Below, in pieces: positions 16,431 to 29,244 of a DNA stretch of 64,000 nucleotides. Numbering within the stretch: the stretch's first letter is position 1; each line of letters begins with the position of its first letter. The notes under the pieces are model-generated. The model searched no databases and was not told where the DNA came from. It worked only from the letters and a program-made list of their open reading frames with translations. Origin of the DNA: an uncultured Gammaproteobacteria bacterium (GTDB lineage: Bacteria > Patescibacteriota > Microgenomatia > PFEM01 > DATLAM01); assembly GCA_964566925.1 (NCBI GenBank), contig CAZMIZ010000002.1, positions 8,647 through 72,646 on the forward strand. Direction: 5' to 3'. The translations under genes were made by a program, and so were the position numbers.

Positions 16431-19046
16431 TTACTTCTCTAAACAGGTCATCGCGGCCACCGAATCACCTTTTTTACTAAAGCGCATTAAAATGACTCCT
16501 TGAGTTGCCCGCCCGATTCGGGGGATGTTTTTAAGGGGCAGTTTAATTACTTGAGCCTTTTTACTGGTCAGAATAATTTCTTTGACTCCTTGGTTGACTA
16601 GCCGGGAAACAATAATTTTACCAGTTTTTTTGGTGACATCAGCGGCCTTAACCCCAATTCCGCCTCGTTTTTGCAAAGGATATTCTTTAATCGCCGTTCT
16701 TTTACCAAGACCATTTTCCATAATCACCAGAATGTCGCGAAAGAATTTCTTCCGCCGGTCAGCCGGCTTTTTAGGTTTAGCCGAAAAAACTTCCATCCCA
16801 ACAACAGAATCACCTGATTTTAACCGAATACCCCTGACTCCCATTGTGTCTCGACCCATCGGTCGGGTGTCATTCTCATTAAAATGAATTGATTTACCGA
16901 AATAAGTTACCAGGAGAAGGTGATCACTCCCGGTAGTTGGTTTGACCCAACAGAGCTCATCTCCTCTTCTGAGCTTAATCGCAATTAAGCCCGAGGAGCG
17001 AATATTGGCAAATTTTTCAAGGGTTGTTTTTTTGATTATCCCTTTTTTCGTGGTCATAAAAAGATATTTGAATTTTTTTCTTAAAGAAGCTTCTTTAAGA
17101 TTTAAAACCGCCTGGATTTCTTCTCCCTGGTCAATGTTGATTAAGTTAATAGCTGCTTGACCTTTGGAGGTGCGGGTTCCTTCGGGGATTTCCCAGGCCG
17201 GAATCGAAAAGACACGACCCTTATTGGTGAAAAATAGAATATCATCATGAGTTTCGCCGGTCATGAAATGGGCAATTTCATCGGCTTCTTTGGTAGCCAT
17301 TCCGGTGACCCCCTTGCCGCCGCGTCGCTGAGAACGATAAGTCCCTACCGGAATTCGTTTAATGTAGCCGGTTTTAGTGAGAGTAATTAGGCATTTTTCT
17401 TTTGGCACTAAATCTTTTTCTGAAAATTCTTCTATTGGCTGCTGGAAAACCTTCGTTCTTCGAGGATCAGCGTATTTTTTCTGAAGGGCAAGCAGTTCTT
17501 TTCTGATTAACCCTAAGATTTTATCGGGATGAGAAAGAAGGTCACTAAGATGAACAATCTGTTGGCCAATTTTTTGATATTCATCTTCAATTTTTTGTCG
17601 CTCTAGGGCGGCCAGTCTTCTTAGCCTCATTTCTAAAATGGCATTAGCCTGAATTTCGCTAAGCTTAAACTTTTTCATTAACCGGTTTTGGGCAATCTCC
17701 GGCGTTTTAGATCTTTTAATCGTGGCAATGACCTCGTCCAGATTATCAAGGGCGATCTTTAGGCCTTCTAGAATATGAGCCCGGTTTTTAGCCGCCTCAA
17801 GCTCAAAAATGCTTCGTCGACTGACTACCTGCTGACGATGTTTAATGTATTCAGTTAAAATCTGTTTTAAGGTTAAGGTTTGAGGAGTGCCATCTACTAA
17901 GGCGACCATATTAACCGGATAAGTAGTTTGCATCGGGGTGAACTTGTAAAGATTATTTAGAATTGCCTTTGGTCTTCCTTGGCGTTTAAGGTCTAAGACG
18001 ATCCGCATACCTCGCCTATCCGACTCGTCCCTTAAATCGGTGATCCCCGTGATTTTTTTGGTTCGGACCAGGTGAGCAATTTTTTTGACTAAATTGGCCT
18101 TGTTAACCTGGTAAGGGATTTCACTGACAATAATCTGGAAGCGCCCCCTCTTTTTTTCTTCAATTTCCGCTTTGGCGCGCATCAGAATTTTCCCCTTACC
18201 GGTAGTATATGCTTGGGCAATTTCGTTTCGATTGTAGATGGAGGCCCCGGTAGGAAAATCAGGTCCCTTAACATAGTGCATCAGCTGTTCAACCGTCGCT
18301 TCTGACTCAAAAGAGGCGGAAAGAGCGCTTTTGGCTAGACTTTTTATTTCAGTAAGTCCATTTTTTTGTCGGTTATTTTCGTCAAGGCTGATCTTTTGGA
18401 TATTAAAGTCGTTTTCTCTTTTAGTTGTTTTTTGGGGCAGAATAGCCTTCCCTTTTTTGAGCATAAAAATTATGGCGCCAACAATTTCACCCAAGTTATG
18501 AGGCGGGATTTTGGTGGCCATCCCTACAGCGATACCGTCCGATCCCATAAGAAGCAGATTAGGTAAAAGAGCAGGGAGAAAGGCGGGTTCTTTCAGGCTG
18601 CCGTCAAAATTCTCAATAAAACTCACCGTTTTTTTATCAAGATCGGCTAGTATCTCTGAAGTGATGGTAGCCATTCTGACTTCGGTATAACGCATGGCGG
18701 CGGCCGAATCGCCATCGATAGAGCCAAAATTACCCTGGCCATCAATTAAAGGATAGCGCATCGAGAAATCTTGGGCCAGGCGAACTAAGGAATCATAAAT
18801 GGCCATATCGCCGTGAGGGTGATATTTACCCATCGTTTCCCCTACGACTTTGGCGCTTTTAGTGTAGCGGGCAGAATGATAAAGGCCCATTTGTTGCATG
18901 GCGTAGAGAATTCTTCTATGAACCGGCTTCAAACCATCACGAACATCAGGGAGAGCCCGAGCGACAATAACACTCATGGCGTAGTCCAGATAGGACCTTT
19001 TCATTTCCTCAGTAATTGGTACTGGTTTAACTTTCCCAATCTTCAT
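16431..19046 (-). CDS. gyrA: DNA gyrase subunit A
   Basis: [32 protein letters not shown]... N-terminus, the AAMRYTE active-site Tyr region and C-terminal beta-pinwheel repeats. Confidence 0.95.
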   Translation of the reverse strand: MKIGKVKPVPITEEMKRSYLDYAMSVIVARALPDVRDGLKPVHRRILYAMQQMGLYHSARYTKSAKVVGETMGKYHPHGDMAIYDSLVRLAQDFSMRYPLIDGQGNFGSIDGDSAAAMRYTEVRMATITSEILADLDKKTVSFIENFDGSLKEPAFLPALLPNLLLMGSDGIAVGMATKIPPHNLGEIVGAIIFMLKKGKAILPQKTTKRENDFNIQKISLDENNRQKNGLTEIKSLAKSALSASFESEATVEQLMHYVKGPDFPTGASIYNRNEIAQAYTTGKGKILMRAKAEIEEKKRGRFQIIVSEIPYQVNKANLVKKIAHLVRTKKITGITDLRDESDRRGMRIVLDLKRQGRPKAILNNLYKFTPMQTTYPVNMVALVDGTPQTLTLKQILTEYIKHRQQVVSRRSIFELEAAKNRAHILEGLKIALDNLDEVIATIKRSKTPEIAQNRLMKKFKLSEIQANAILEMRLRRLAALERQKIEDEYQKIGQQIVHLSDLLSHPDKILGLIRKELLALQKKYADPRRTKVFQQPIEEFSEKDLVPKEKCLITLTKTGYIKRIPVGTYRSQRRGGKGVTGMATKEADEIAHFMTGETHDDILFFTNKGRVFSIPAWEIPEGTRTSKGQAAINLINIDQGEEIQAVLNLKEASLRKKFKYLFMTTKKGIIKKTTLEKFANIRSSGLIAIKLRRGDELCWVKPTTGSDHLLLVTYFGKSIHFNENDTRPMGRDTMGVRGIRLKSGDSVVGMEVFSAKPKKPADRRKKFFRDILVIMENGLGKRTAIKEYPLQKRGGIGVKAADVTKKTGKIIVSRLVNQGVKEIILTSKKAQVIKLPLKNIPRIGRATQGVILMRFSKKGDSVAAMTCLEK

Positions 19047-19050
19047 AAAT

Positions 19051-19983
19051 TTAACTGATTAAAACTTTCTTTATTTCCGGAGTGATTTGCTTTTTGCGGG
19101 AAAGGCGGGGACCAATGTCAAGAAGGTTCTTCTCTCCCCGACCGCTAAAGGCTTGTTCAGCAATTTTTTTGTCCTGGTCATCAATATAAATCAAAACACT
19201 CTTTCCTTTTAAAATATCTGTGACCACGCAATAAATATGGTCCAATTTCTGCTCAGACTTAACTACCCGCATCGCTTTAATTAATTGAACTATCATTTTC
19301 AGAACTTTGTCTTGTTCGACTGTTTCAATCTGATTAATTAAAGTGTGTTTCCCGCCAAAGTCAGAAACTTTATAATCGACAGTAACAATCTGTTTTGGGG
19401 TTAAATGGCCGAGATTTGATTTTGCTTTAAATTGTTCGAAGGTTAATTTTTTAACGTCAAGACCAGTCTGCTTAGCCAGTTTTTGAACGGTTTTCCGATC
19501 CGGTTCAGCAGTAGTGGGTGACTTTAAGCCAAGCGTATCAGAAAGAATCGCTGCCAACATTAATTTAGCTGTTTTTGATTTTGGTTGAAGATTATTCTGT
19601 TGGAAATATTCGTAAACGATCGTACTTGATGACCCCCAGGGCCGAATATCAATTTTAATTGGTTTATTAAGATCAAGATGAACTCGGCGATGATCAATAA
19701 TTTCAATGATTTGATCAGCATCTAGACCTTCCAGCCTTTGGCTTTCCTCGTTATGATCAATTAAGATCACCTTGTCTTCTTTATTGATGTCTTTTTGACT
19801 AATCAAATCAGGCAGAGGAACCGAGAATTTATTAAAGACATATTGGGTTTCGTTATTAACTGGATCACACCGAACGGGAATAACGTTTTTTTGACCGAGA
19901 GCAGTTAAAAGGTCTGCATAAGCAATCGGGGCGACAATGGCGTCCAGATCTGGTTGGCGATGGCCGATGATATAGGTTTTCAT
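19051..19983 (-). CDS. ppaC: DHH-family manganese-dependent inorganic pyrophosphatase (family II PPase)
   Basis: [34 protein letters not shown] and [15 protein letters not shown] parallel the PpaC motifs. About 310 aa. Confidence 0.75.
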   Translation of the reverse strand: MKTYIIGHRQPDLDAIVAPIAYADLLTALGQKNVIPVRCDPVNNETQYVFNKFSVPLPDLISQKDINKEDKVILIDHNEESQRLEGLDADQIIEIIDHRRVHLDLNKPIKIDIRPWGSSSTIVYEYFQQNNLQPKSKTAKLMLAAILSDTLGLKSPTTAEPDRKTVQKLAKQTGLDVKKLTFEQFKAKSNLGHLTPKQIVTVDYKVSDFGGKHTLINQIETVEQDKVLKMIVQLIKAMRVVKSEQKLDHIYCVVTDILKGKSVLIYIDDQDKKIAEQAFSGRGEKNLLDIGPRLSRKKQITPEIKKVLIS

Positions 19984-19986
19984 TTT

Positions 19987-21963
<1,977 letters not shown>

Positions 21964-21984
21964 TCATTTAGACTTAATTTGGCC

Positions 21985-22707
21985 TCATTTTTGACTAGGA
22001 AAAGAGAGAAGAAGAGATTCAATTACCAGGCGAGGATTAACGTTTGCTTCTAGCAGAGTTAGGGACTTTTGGACCGCATTTATTGCCTGGATAGCTTGTT
22101 GGGGACTAAAGAAAAATCGAGTTTTGGGCGGAGAATTTATTCCTGTCAGGAGTATTTTCCGCCAGATTAGAAGTTGGTGCTGACAAAATTCAATTGCCTG
22201 ATCGCGATTTTTGGCTAATTTTTCCGCTAGCTTAACTCTTTCCCCTACCCCGCTTTTTAAAATCTTAATGAGAACAGTTCGTTGACTGGCGATGGCCGCC
22301 TTGCCTAGTTTAATCTCTGTTTTGGCCGGGAGATTAATTAATTGGCAGCGAGAAATAATTGTCGGTAGGAGGAAGTCAACTTTGGCGGTGGCGAGAATAA
22401 TTAAACTTTTCGCCGGAGGCTCTTCTAGGGTTTTAAGCAGAGCATTTTGGGCAGGGATAGTCAGCTTTTTTGCTTGATTAATCAAGGCCGCTTTTATAGG
22501 TGATGAGTAAGGTTTTAAAGCCAGTTTTTTCTGAAGCCCGCGGATGGTGGTAATTCCAATCGAAGCGGCGGGTTTAATCAGAAGCAAATCAGGGTGGCCT
22601 TTTTCGAAATCGATTTTATGATTAAGATTTTTTTCGATAATTTCCTTGGCTTTCGCCAAGCGGTCTGACTGACAACCGCCAACGATAAGTTGAGCATGAA
22701 TCATCAA
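21985..22707 (-). CDS. holB: DNA polymerase III delta' subunit-like clamp-loader protein
   Basis: AQNALLKTLEEPP is the clamp-loader sensor motif. Short (240 aa) with a degenerate P-loop, typical of delta'. Confidence 0.7.
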   Translation of the reverse strand: MMIHAQLIVGGCQSDRLAKAKEIIEKNLNHKIDFEKGHPDLLLIKPAASIGITTIRGLQKKLALKPYSSPIKAALINQAKKLTIPAQNALLKTLEEPPAKSLIILATAKVDFLLPTIISRCQLINLPAKTEIKLGKAAIASQRTVLIKILKSGVGERVKLAEKLAKNRDQAIEFCQHQLLIWRKILLTGINSPPKTRFFFSPQQAIQAINAVQKSLTLLEANVNPRLVIESLLLSFPSQK

Positions 22708-22753
22708 GTTGACATTTTATCACAGGAATAGTTAAGATAGTAGTAACAAGAGC

Positions 22754-24493
22754 ATGCCCAATCCAACTGTCCAATCCCAGACTTCTTCTGTTCCGGAAAC
22801 GATTGCCGATGTTTTGGCGGCCGAAGGTGCCTTGACTCCGGCCCAGCTTGACCAAATTAAACTGGAGCATATCAACACCGGCAAAGATGTTAAGAAAATT
22901 ATTGTTGAACAAAACTTTGTTTCTGAAGATCAGTTGGCCCGTGCTTCCGCTCACTTTCACAATATTCCCTTTGTTAGTCTTGACGAGACTGGAATTGCCC
23001 CCGAAGCTTTAACCTATCTTCCCCAGGCAGTGGCCGAGCGATACAATCTAATTCCCTTTGGCTATAGTCGAGAGAAAAACGAGCTTTCGGTGGCCATGGT
23101 GGATCCCCTAGATTTGGCGGCGATCGAATTTCTCGAAAAAAAAGCAGGCACCAAGGTGAAGCCTTATCAGGCTACTCGGGAGGCGATCCAAAAAGCAATT
23201 AGTGAAAGGTATGCTAAAGGTCTGACGACTGAAGTTAAAGCGGCTCTTAAAGAAGCGGGCGAAGAGCCAACTCCAACAAAAGCGGTGGATATCACTAAAT
23301 TGGGAGAGGTAATTAGAGAGGCGCCGGTTGCCAAGATTGTCTCGACCGTTCTCGAATTCGCTATCCGGGCTCGGGCATCTGATATCCATATCGAGCCTGA
23401 AGAAGATAAAACTCGAGTTCGCTATCGAATCGATGGTATCCTTCACGAAAAATTGATTTTACCAAAAAAGGTTCACGAGGCCGTTGTTTCCCGCATAAAA
23501 ATTCTCTCCGGAATGAAGATTGATGAGAAAAGAGTTCCTCAGGACGGAAGATTTAATTTCAAAGTGAGTGATAAAGAAGTTGATCTTCGGGTTTCCTGTT
23601 TGCCGACATCTCATGGTGAAAAGATTGTCATGAGGCTTCTTAAAAAGGGTGGTAAAATTCCCACTCTGCCTGATTTAGGCCTACGCGGGCGGGCGCTGAA
23701 TAACTTAGAGGAGGCGATTTTAAAGCCTCACGGAATTATTATTGTCTGTGGACCGACTGGCTCTGGGAAAACGACGACCCTCTACTCGCTTCTTGATAAA
23801 ATTAACACGACAAAAATTAATATCATGACCCTGGAAGATCCGATTGAATATCGGATTATGGGTGTTAATCAGGTTCAGGTAAACCCTGGGGCTGGCTTGA
23901 CTTTTGCCTCGGGATTACGAAGCTTTGTTCGCCAAGATCCGGATGTGATTTTAGTGGGCGAGATTCGAGACCAAGAGACTACTGAATTGGCTGTTCAGGC
24001 CGCCTTGACTGGGCACCTCGTTTTCTCTACTCTTCATACCAATGATGCCGCCGGGGCCATTCCTAGACTTTTGGATTTAGGGGCAGAGCCTTTCTTACTT
24101 GCCTCGGCAATGACTTGTGTGGTTGGTCAACGAATTTGCCGTCGAATTTGTACTGCCTGCAAAGAGGCTTATAAACCGGAAGCGCCTGTAGCTGAAGATA
24201 TTAAAAAAATTCTTGACAAACTTTATAAAGAACCGGAGGGCGGTTTGAAGCTCTATCGGGGCAAGAAATGTCCTGAATGTAACAGCACTGGCTATTTTGG
24301 CCGAGTGGGAATATTTGAAGTTTTACCGATAACCGAAAAGGTAGGACGCCTGATTCTAGAACGATCGCCAGCCAGCGACATCGAAAAACAGGCGCTAGAA
24401 GAGGGTATGATTACCATGAAACAAGATGGCTATCTTAAAGTTTTAGAAGGAACGACAACAATTGAAGAAGTCCTTCGGGTAGCTGAAGAATAG
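22754..24493 (+). CDS. pilB: type IV pilus assembly ATPase PilB (GspE family)
   Basis: N-terminal GspII domain, Walker A CGPTGSGKTTT, Asp box, Walker B and a CxxC...CxxC tetracysteine motif. Confidence 0.9.
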   Translation: MPNPTVQSQTSSVPETIADVLAAEGALTPAQLDQIKLEHINTGKDVKKIIVEQNFVSEDQLARASAHFHNIPFVSLDETGIAPEALTYLPQAVAERYNLIPFGYSREKNELSVAMVDPLDLAAIEFLEKKAGTKVKPYQATREAIQKAISERYAKGLTTEVKAALKEAGEEPTPTKAVDITKLGEVIREAPVAKIVSTVLEFAIRARASDIHIEPEEDKTRVRYRIDGILHEKLILPKKVHEAVVSRIKILSGMKIDEKRVPQDGRFNFKVSDKEVDLRVSCLPTSHGEKIVMRLLKKGGKIPTLPDLGLRGRALNNLEEAILKPHGIIIVCGPTGSGKTTTLYSLLDKINTTKINIMTLEDPIEYRIMGVNQVQVNPGAGLTFASGLRSFVRQDPDVILVGEIRDQETTELAVQAALTGHLVFSTLHTNDAAGAIPRLLDLGAEPFLLASAMTCVVGQRICRRICTACKEAYKPEAPVAEDIKKILDKLYKEPEGGLKLYRGKKCPECNSTGYFGRVGIFEVLPITEKVGRLILERSPASDIEKQALEEGMITMKQDGYLKVLEGTTTIEEVLRVAEE

Positions 24494-24496
24494 GAG

Positions 24497-25576
24497 GTGA
24501 CGATGGCTGAAATAAAAAAGTATCTTGAATTAGCCGTCAACAAGCGGGCTTCGGATATTCATTTGATCGTCGGTATGCCTCCGATGTTGAGGGTGGAAGG
24601 TTTGATTATGCCTGTCCCTGGAGAGCCACCCTTAACTTCCGAGAAAGCTAAAGAGTTAGTTTTTTCCCTGGTCAACGAAGAGCAAAAGGAAATCTTATTG
24701 GTTAATCGAGAGATCGATTTCTCTTTTCCTTACGGTGAGGCAGCTCGTTTCCGAGTTAACGCTTACCACCAAAAGGGACATCTTTCAGCTGCCTTGAGAT
24801 TGATCCCAATTAAAATTCCGGCGATTGATGAACTGAATCTTCCCAAAATATGCCATAATTTTGCCAAACTCCACCAAGGATTTATTCTGGTTACTGGCCC
24901 GACCGGTCATGGTAAATCGACCACCTTGGCCGCAATCATCGAGGAGATCAATCAAAGCCGGAAGGAACACATTATTACCATTGAGGATCCGATTGAATAT
25001 GTTTTCACTCCCAAAGAATCGATTATCTCCCAAAGAGAGTTACGAGCCGACACTCACTCCTGGGAAATTGCCTTACGAAGTGCCCTCCGTGAAGATCCGA
25101 ACGTGGTCATGGTTGGCGAGATGCGCGACCACGAAACAGTTGCTTCTGCTTTAACTATCGCCGAAACAGGTCATCTAGTTTTCGCCACTCTTCATACCAA
25201 CAGTGCGGCCCAGACAATCGATCGAATTGTTGATGTCTTTCCTTCCCATCAGCAAGGTCAAGTGAAAATGCAGCTTTCTTTAACCCTTGAAGCTGTTTTT
25301 TCCCAACGCCTCCTTCCTTCTCTTAAAGGAGGAAGAGTGGTGGCCGCTGAGATTATGTTAGCCACCCCCGCAGTGAAAAACGCTATCAGAGAAGGGAAAA
25401 CTCACCTTCTTGATAACACTATTCTTACTTCGGTTGAGCTGGGAATGAGAACTCTAGAGATGGACCTGGCTGATTTAGTGAAGGCTGGAAAAGTCAGCCT
25501 TGAGGTGGCTCAAGCCTATGCTTTAAGGCCAGCCGACTTGATGCGCCAGGTGAGAGGCAGTAATGGCAAAATTTGA
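24497..25576 (+). CDS. pilT: twitching-motility retraction ATPase PilT
   Basis: ASDIHL..., GPTGHGKSTT, ITIEDPIEY and GHLVFATLHTN. Confidence 0.9.
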   Translation: MTMAEIKKYLELAVNKRASDIHLIVGMPPMLRVEGLIMPVPGEPPLTSEKAKELVFSLVNEEQKEILLVNREIDFSFPYGEAARFRVNAYHQKGHLSAALRLIPIKIPAIDELNLPKICHNFAKLHQGFILVTGPTGHGKSTTLAAIIEEINQSRKEHIITIEDPIEYVFTPKESIISQRELRADTHSWEIALRSALREDPNVVMVGEMRDHETVASALTIAETGHLVFATLHTNSAAQTIDRIVDVFPSHQQGQVKMQLSLTLEAVFSQRLLPSLKGGRVVAAEIMLATPAVKNAIREGKTHLLDNTILTSVELGMRTLEMDLADLVKAGKVSLEVAQAYALRPADLMRQVRGSNGKI

Positions 25577-26768
25577 TTACCGAGCAAAAGACAAGGAAGG
25601 AAGAATTTCGAAGGGAATAGTTGAGTCGAGAGACGAGAAGCAGGCGGTGAGGATTCTTCATGAGCGAAACCTAATTGTCATCTCTCTGAAACCAGTAGCT
25701 AAAGGTCTTTTTTCGGAAGCGAGAAAAGGGGTTTTTGCTCGGGTCGGGATTGCCGATTTGGTCAAGTTCACCCGCCAGCTCTCGACGATGTTTTCAGCGG
25801 GACTCCCCCTCACCGATGCCTTAACGATCCTTAGAACCCAGGCTAGTCCCCAAATGTCAACTATTGTGGAGGCTATTCTTCGGGATGTCGAAGGAGGGTC
25901 TGGTTTAGCTGATGCCATGGCGCGCCATCCTCAGGTATTTGATGAAATTTATGTCGCCTTGATCCGCTCAGGAGAGGCAGCTGGAGTTTTAGATAAAGTC
26001 CTTACCCGATTAGCAGACAATTTAGAAAAGCGGCAGGAGTTTCTTAGTCGCGTTAAAGGAGCGATGGTTTACCCAATAATCGTGGTGGCGGGAATGGGAG
26101 TGGTTGCCGCGATTATGATCATTTTTGTTATTCCCCGATTAATGGTTCTCTATGAGGAATTTGAAGCCGAACTTCCAGTGACGACCAAAATTTTGCTTGC
26201 CCTTTCTAAAATGCTTACTTCTTATTGGTGGTTGAGTTTAATTTTAGTGATCGGAGGCGGTCTGGCCTTGCGGGCATTTATTAATACCCCTTTTGGGAGA
26301 AGGCGTTACGACGCTTTTCTTTTCCATTTGCCAGTTTTTGGCAACCTCCGGCGTCAGATGATGCTGACCGAATTTACCCGTACTTTTGGCCTCTTGGCGG
26401 GCGCGGGGATTCTCGTGGTTGACGCGATTAACATTTTAAAAGGTTCGATGAATAGCCCCATTTACCAAGAGGCTCTCGTTGAGGCCAGTGATCAAGTGGA
26501 AAAAGGCCTTCCTTTAGCGACCGCATTAGCAAAGACCGAAGTTTTTCCACCGATTCTCCCTCAAATGATTGCCGTTGGTGAAGAAACAGGTAAATTAGAA
26601 GAAGTTTTCAGTAAAGTTTCGGCCTATTTCGAGCAAGAGGCTGATGGTGCTGTGCGTAGCTTGACAACTGCTCTTGAGCCTCTTATCATGGTTTTACTAG
26701 GAATCGGCGTGGGTTTTTTGATTATTTCGGTGATCATGCCGATTTATAATTTGACATCTCAATTTTAA
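25563..26768 (+). CDS. pilC: type IV pilus platform protein PilC (GspF family)
   Basis: Two GspF repeats and three TM segments. Typical PilC length. Confidence 0.9.
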   Translation: MAKFDYRAKDKEGRISKGIVESRDEKQAVRILHERNLIVISLKPVAKGLFSEARKGVFARVGIADLVKFTRQLSTMFSAGLPLTDALTILRTQASPQMSTIVEAILRDVEGGSGLADAMARHPQVFDEIYVALIRSGEAAGVLDKVLTRLADNLEKRQEFLSRVKGAMVYPIIVVAGMGVVAAIMIIFVIPRLMVLYEEFEAELPVTTKILLALSKMLTSYWWLSLILVIGGGLALRAFINTPFGRRRYDAFLFHLPVFGNLRRQMMLTEFTRTFGLLAGAGILVVDAINILKGSMNSPIYQEALVEASDQVEKGLPLATALAKTEVFPPILPQMIAVGEETGKLEEVFSKVSAYFEQEADGAVRSLTTALEPLIMVLLGIGVGFLIISVIMPIYNLTSQF

Positions 26769-26851
26769 TTGAGAGGAAAATTATCGAGACGAGCGGAGCG
26801 CCGAAGCATAATTTAACATCTTAATTTTAAGAAGGGGGGTGAAAAAGAAAG

Positions 26852-27349
26852 GTGTTTAAAGGCAAAAAAGGGTTTACTTTAATTGAGCTTTTGGTGGTTA
26901 TTGGCATTTTAGGAATTTTGGCGATTGGCCTTTTGGCGGCCATTGATCCTTTTGAACAACTGAAAAAAGGCCGGGATACCAACCTAAGAAACGTGACGGT
27001 TGAATACGTCAACGCTCTCACACGATATTATGCCACTCATGGAACAATGCCTTGGGCAGAAGGAAGCGAGCCTGACGCGGATAGCCTTGATGATGCCACC
27101 GTACAGACCTATACCACTGCTTTAATTACTGACGGAGAGTTAAAGCCGGAATTTCAGGATGCCTTAGGAGATAACGCTGAAAAGATTTTTGTTACCGGTG
27201 TAGATGACCCCCTTCAGGCAATTGTTTGTTTTGATCCGGATTCAAGGTCTTTAAGTGCTGACGCCACGACAGTCTATAATGCTGATGGGTCGGATGCTAG
27301 CGCAACCTGTCCTGACGTGGCTGTGGAGTGTTATTGGTGCGCTCGATAG
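26852..27349 (+). CDS. type IV prepilin (candidate major pilin)
   Basis: Leader MFKGKKG followed by the FTLIELLVVIGILGILA class III signal. GTG start with RBS AGGGGGGTG. First pilin gene after pilC. Confidence 0.8.
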   Translation: MFKGKKGFTLIELLVVIGILGILAIGLLAAIDPFEQLKKGRDTNLRNVTVEYVNALTRYYATHGTMPWAEGSEPDADSLDDATVQTYTTALITDGELKPEFQDALGDNAEKIFVTGVDDPLQAIVCFDPDSRSLSADATTVYNADGSDASATCPDVAVECYWCAR

Positions 27350-27377
27350 AGTAAACTTGGTTTGAAAATTTAAAGGC

Positions 27378-28151
27378 ATGGTTATTATCCTGCCCTTCTT
27401 ATTTTTAGCTGGGTTAGCGGTTGGGAGTTTTTTAAATTGTCTTATTTTTCGATTAAACAAGGGTTTCTCTCCTCTTAAGGGTCGGTCTTTTTGTCCAAAG
27501 TGTCAACACCAACTTAGCTGGAAAGATAATTTCCCCCTTTTCTCTTTTGCTTTCTTAAAGGGCCGCTGTCGTTATTGCCACTCCCCTATTTCTTGGCAAT
27601 ACCCCCTAGTTGAACTAGCCACGGGGATCTTGACCCTATTCATTATTCATTATTCATTATTCATTCTTGGTGAGAGCTTCTTAATGACGCTTGACTATTT
27701 ACTAATCACTTATGCTCTAATTGTTATTTTTATTTCCGATTTTCGTTACGGCACCATCCCCGATGAAATTGTTTTCCCAGCTATAGGTTTAGCTTTTTGG
27801 GCATCAATCATCAATCATCAATCATCAATCATCAATTTCCTTCTCGCCGGCCTTGGGAGCGCTGGATTTTTTCTGATTTTAAGAGTAATTACCCGAGGCA
27901 AAGGCATGGGTATGGGCGACGTCAAACTGGCCGGTTTAATGGGTTTGTTTTTAGGCTGGCCCAATATCGTGGTCGCCTTCTATTTAGCTTTCTTGACAGG
28001 AGGTTTGGTCGGTGTCATACTGATTTTACTTGGTAAAAAACGATTTGGTCAGCATTTACCCTTTGGCCCGTTCTTAACGATAGCGACGGGGATTGCCTTT
28101 TTTGGGGAAGACGCAATATGGAAATTTATAGGGAAAATATTAGGTTATTAA
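27378..28151 (+). CDS. pilD: prepilin peptidase PilD (A24 family)
   Basis: N-terminal tetracysteine CPKC...CRYC, about 8 TM segments, and conserved catalytic-Asp regions FISDFRYGTIPDE and GMGDVKLAG. Confidence 0.85.
   Translation: MVIILPFLFLAGLAVGSFLNCLIFRLNKGFSPLKGRSFCPKCQHQLSWKDNFPLFSFAFLKGRCRYCHSPISWQYPLVELATGILTLFIIHYSLFILGESFLMTLDYLLITYALIVIFISDFRYGTIPDEIVFPAIGLAFWASIINHQSSIINFLLAGLGSAGFFLILRVITRGKGMGMGDVKLAGLMGLFLGWPNIVVAFYLAFLTGGLVGVILILLGKKRFGQHLPFGPFLTIATGIAFFGEDAIWKFIGKILGY
27637..27664 (+). repeat. heptanucleotide tandem repeat (TATTCAT)x4 inside pilD
   Basis: Four perfect tandem 7-nt copies (28 nt), read directly from the sequence. Confidence 0.9.
27802..27836 (+). repeat. heptanucleotide tandem repeat (CATCAAT)x5 inside pilD
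   Basis: Five perfect tandem 7-nt copies (35 nt), read directly. The tract encodes SIINHQSSIIN. Confidence 0.9.
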
Positions 28152-28774
28152 GGACAGGCAGACAGAGAAAAAAAGTCGCTAAGGGTTTTACCTTGATGGA
28201 ACTTTTGGTGGTGGTGGGCCTTTTGGCGATTTTAGCTTTAGCCATTCTTCTAGCCATCAATCCAAAGACCCAAATTGATAAAGCCCATGATAGCCGGAGA
28301 AAGTCTGATCTGAGAATGCTTCAGACCGCTTTAGAAGATTATTATAATGACCACAACCGCTATCCTGGCGATTTGAATGAGTTGGCCCCTGATTACCTGG
28401 CTAAGATCCCGACTGATCCGGCCACTCAGACAGGCTATGCTTACTCACCAACAGGCAATGATACCTATCGGATTTATGTCGACTTAGGTAATAATCAGGA
28501 TCCCGATATTGATGATGCTGGCTGTGAAAGTGGTTGTGGACCGGGAGGCGGGACTACCGGGGGAAGTTGTGCTTATGATTATGGCGTTTCCAGTTCGAAT
28601 GCAGAATTAGAAAGCTGTACCGATTGTACTTTTGGTTGTCAAGGTGCGGTTTGTAACGAGCTGAAACGTTGTGATGGAGCGACCGAGAATTGCTGGGAAT
28701 GCCCCCGCTGGTTTTGCAGTTCTGATTGTGAAGGGCTCTGTACCAATCCAAGCTATCATTGTACTTTAAAATGA
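28118..28774 (+). CDS. prepilin-like protein with cysteine-rich C-terminal domain
   Basis: KG|FTLMELLVVVGLLA prepilin signal. The C-terminal ~90 aa contain about 20 Cys (GCESGCGPGGG...CTDCTFGCQGAVCNELKRCDGATENCWECPRWFCSSDCEGLC). Overlaps the pilD 3' end. Confidence 0.7.
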   Translation: MEIYRENIRLLRTGRQRKKVAKGFTLMELLVVVGLLAILALAILLAINPKTQIDKAHDSRRKSDLRMLQTALEDYYNDHNRYPGDLNELAPDYLAKIPTDPATQTGYAYSPTGNDTYRIYVDLGNNQDPDIDDAGCESGCGPGGGTTGGSCAYDYGVSSSNAELESCTDCTFGCQGAVCNELKRCDGATENCWECPRWFCSSDCEGLCTNPSYHCTLK

Positions 28775-29244
28775 AAAAAGACAACTTATTTAGTCAGGTA
28801 GGCTTTACCTTAATCGAATTATTAGTGGCGATGGCGATTATCGCCATTTTGGCGACAGTCGGCTTGGGGGCTTTTTTTAGCTCCCAAATTAAAGGGCGTG
28901 ATACCCAAAGAAAGTCCGATTTAGGTCAAATTCAAAAAGGGCTAGAGATGTATCTGAATGACCATGGCCGCTATCCAGAAGCAGATGAATTTACTTGGGG
29001 AGCTAAATGGGAAGATTCTTCAGGAGAACTTTACATGAAAGAAGTGCCCCAAGACTCTAAATCAAGCGAGGGGGCGACCTATGACTACCAGGTCCCGACT
29101 GATGGCTCTGGATCTTGGTATAATCTCTATGCTAAACTGGAGAATGAAAAAGATTCGCAAGTAGAGGCCGGAGGTTATTCGGGTACCGATTGTGGCGATA
29201 GCGACCTTTGTAATTATAAAGTTTCTAGTCCAAACGCGCCCTAA
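28771..29244 (+). CDS. type IV prepilin-like protein
   Basis: MKKDNLFSQVG|FTLIELLVAMAIIA. The ATGA start/stop overlap with the upstream gene suggests translational coupling. An alternative TTG start lies at 28759. Confidence 0.75.
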   Translation: MKKDNLFSQVGFTLIELLVAMAIIAILATVGLGAFFSSQIKGRDTQRKSDLGQIQKGLEMYLNDHGRYPEADEFTWGAKWEDSSGELYMKEVPQDSKSSEGATYDYQVPTDGSGSWYNLYAKLENEKDSQVEAGGYSGTDCGDSDLCNYKVSSPNAP

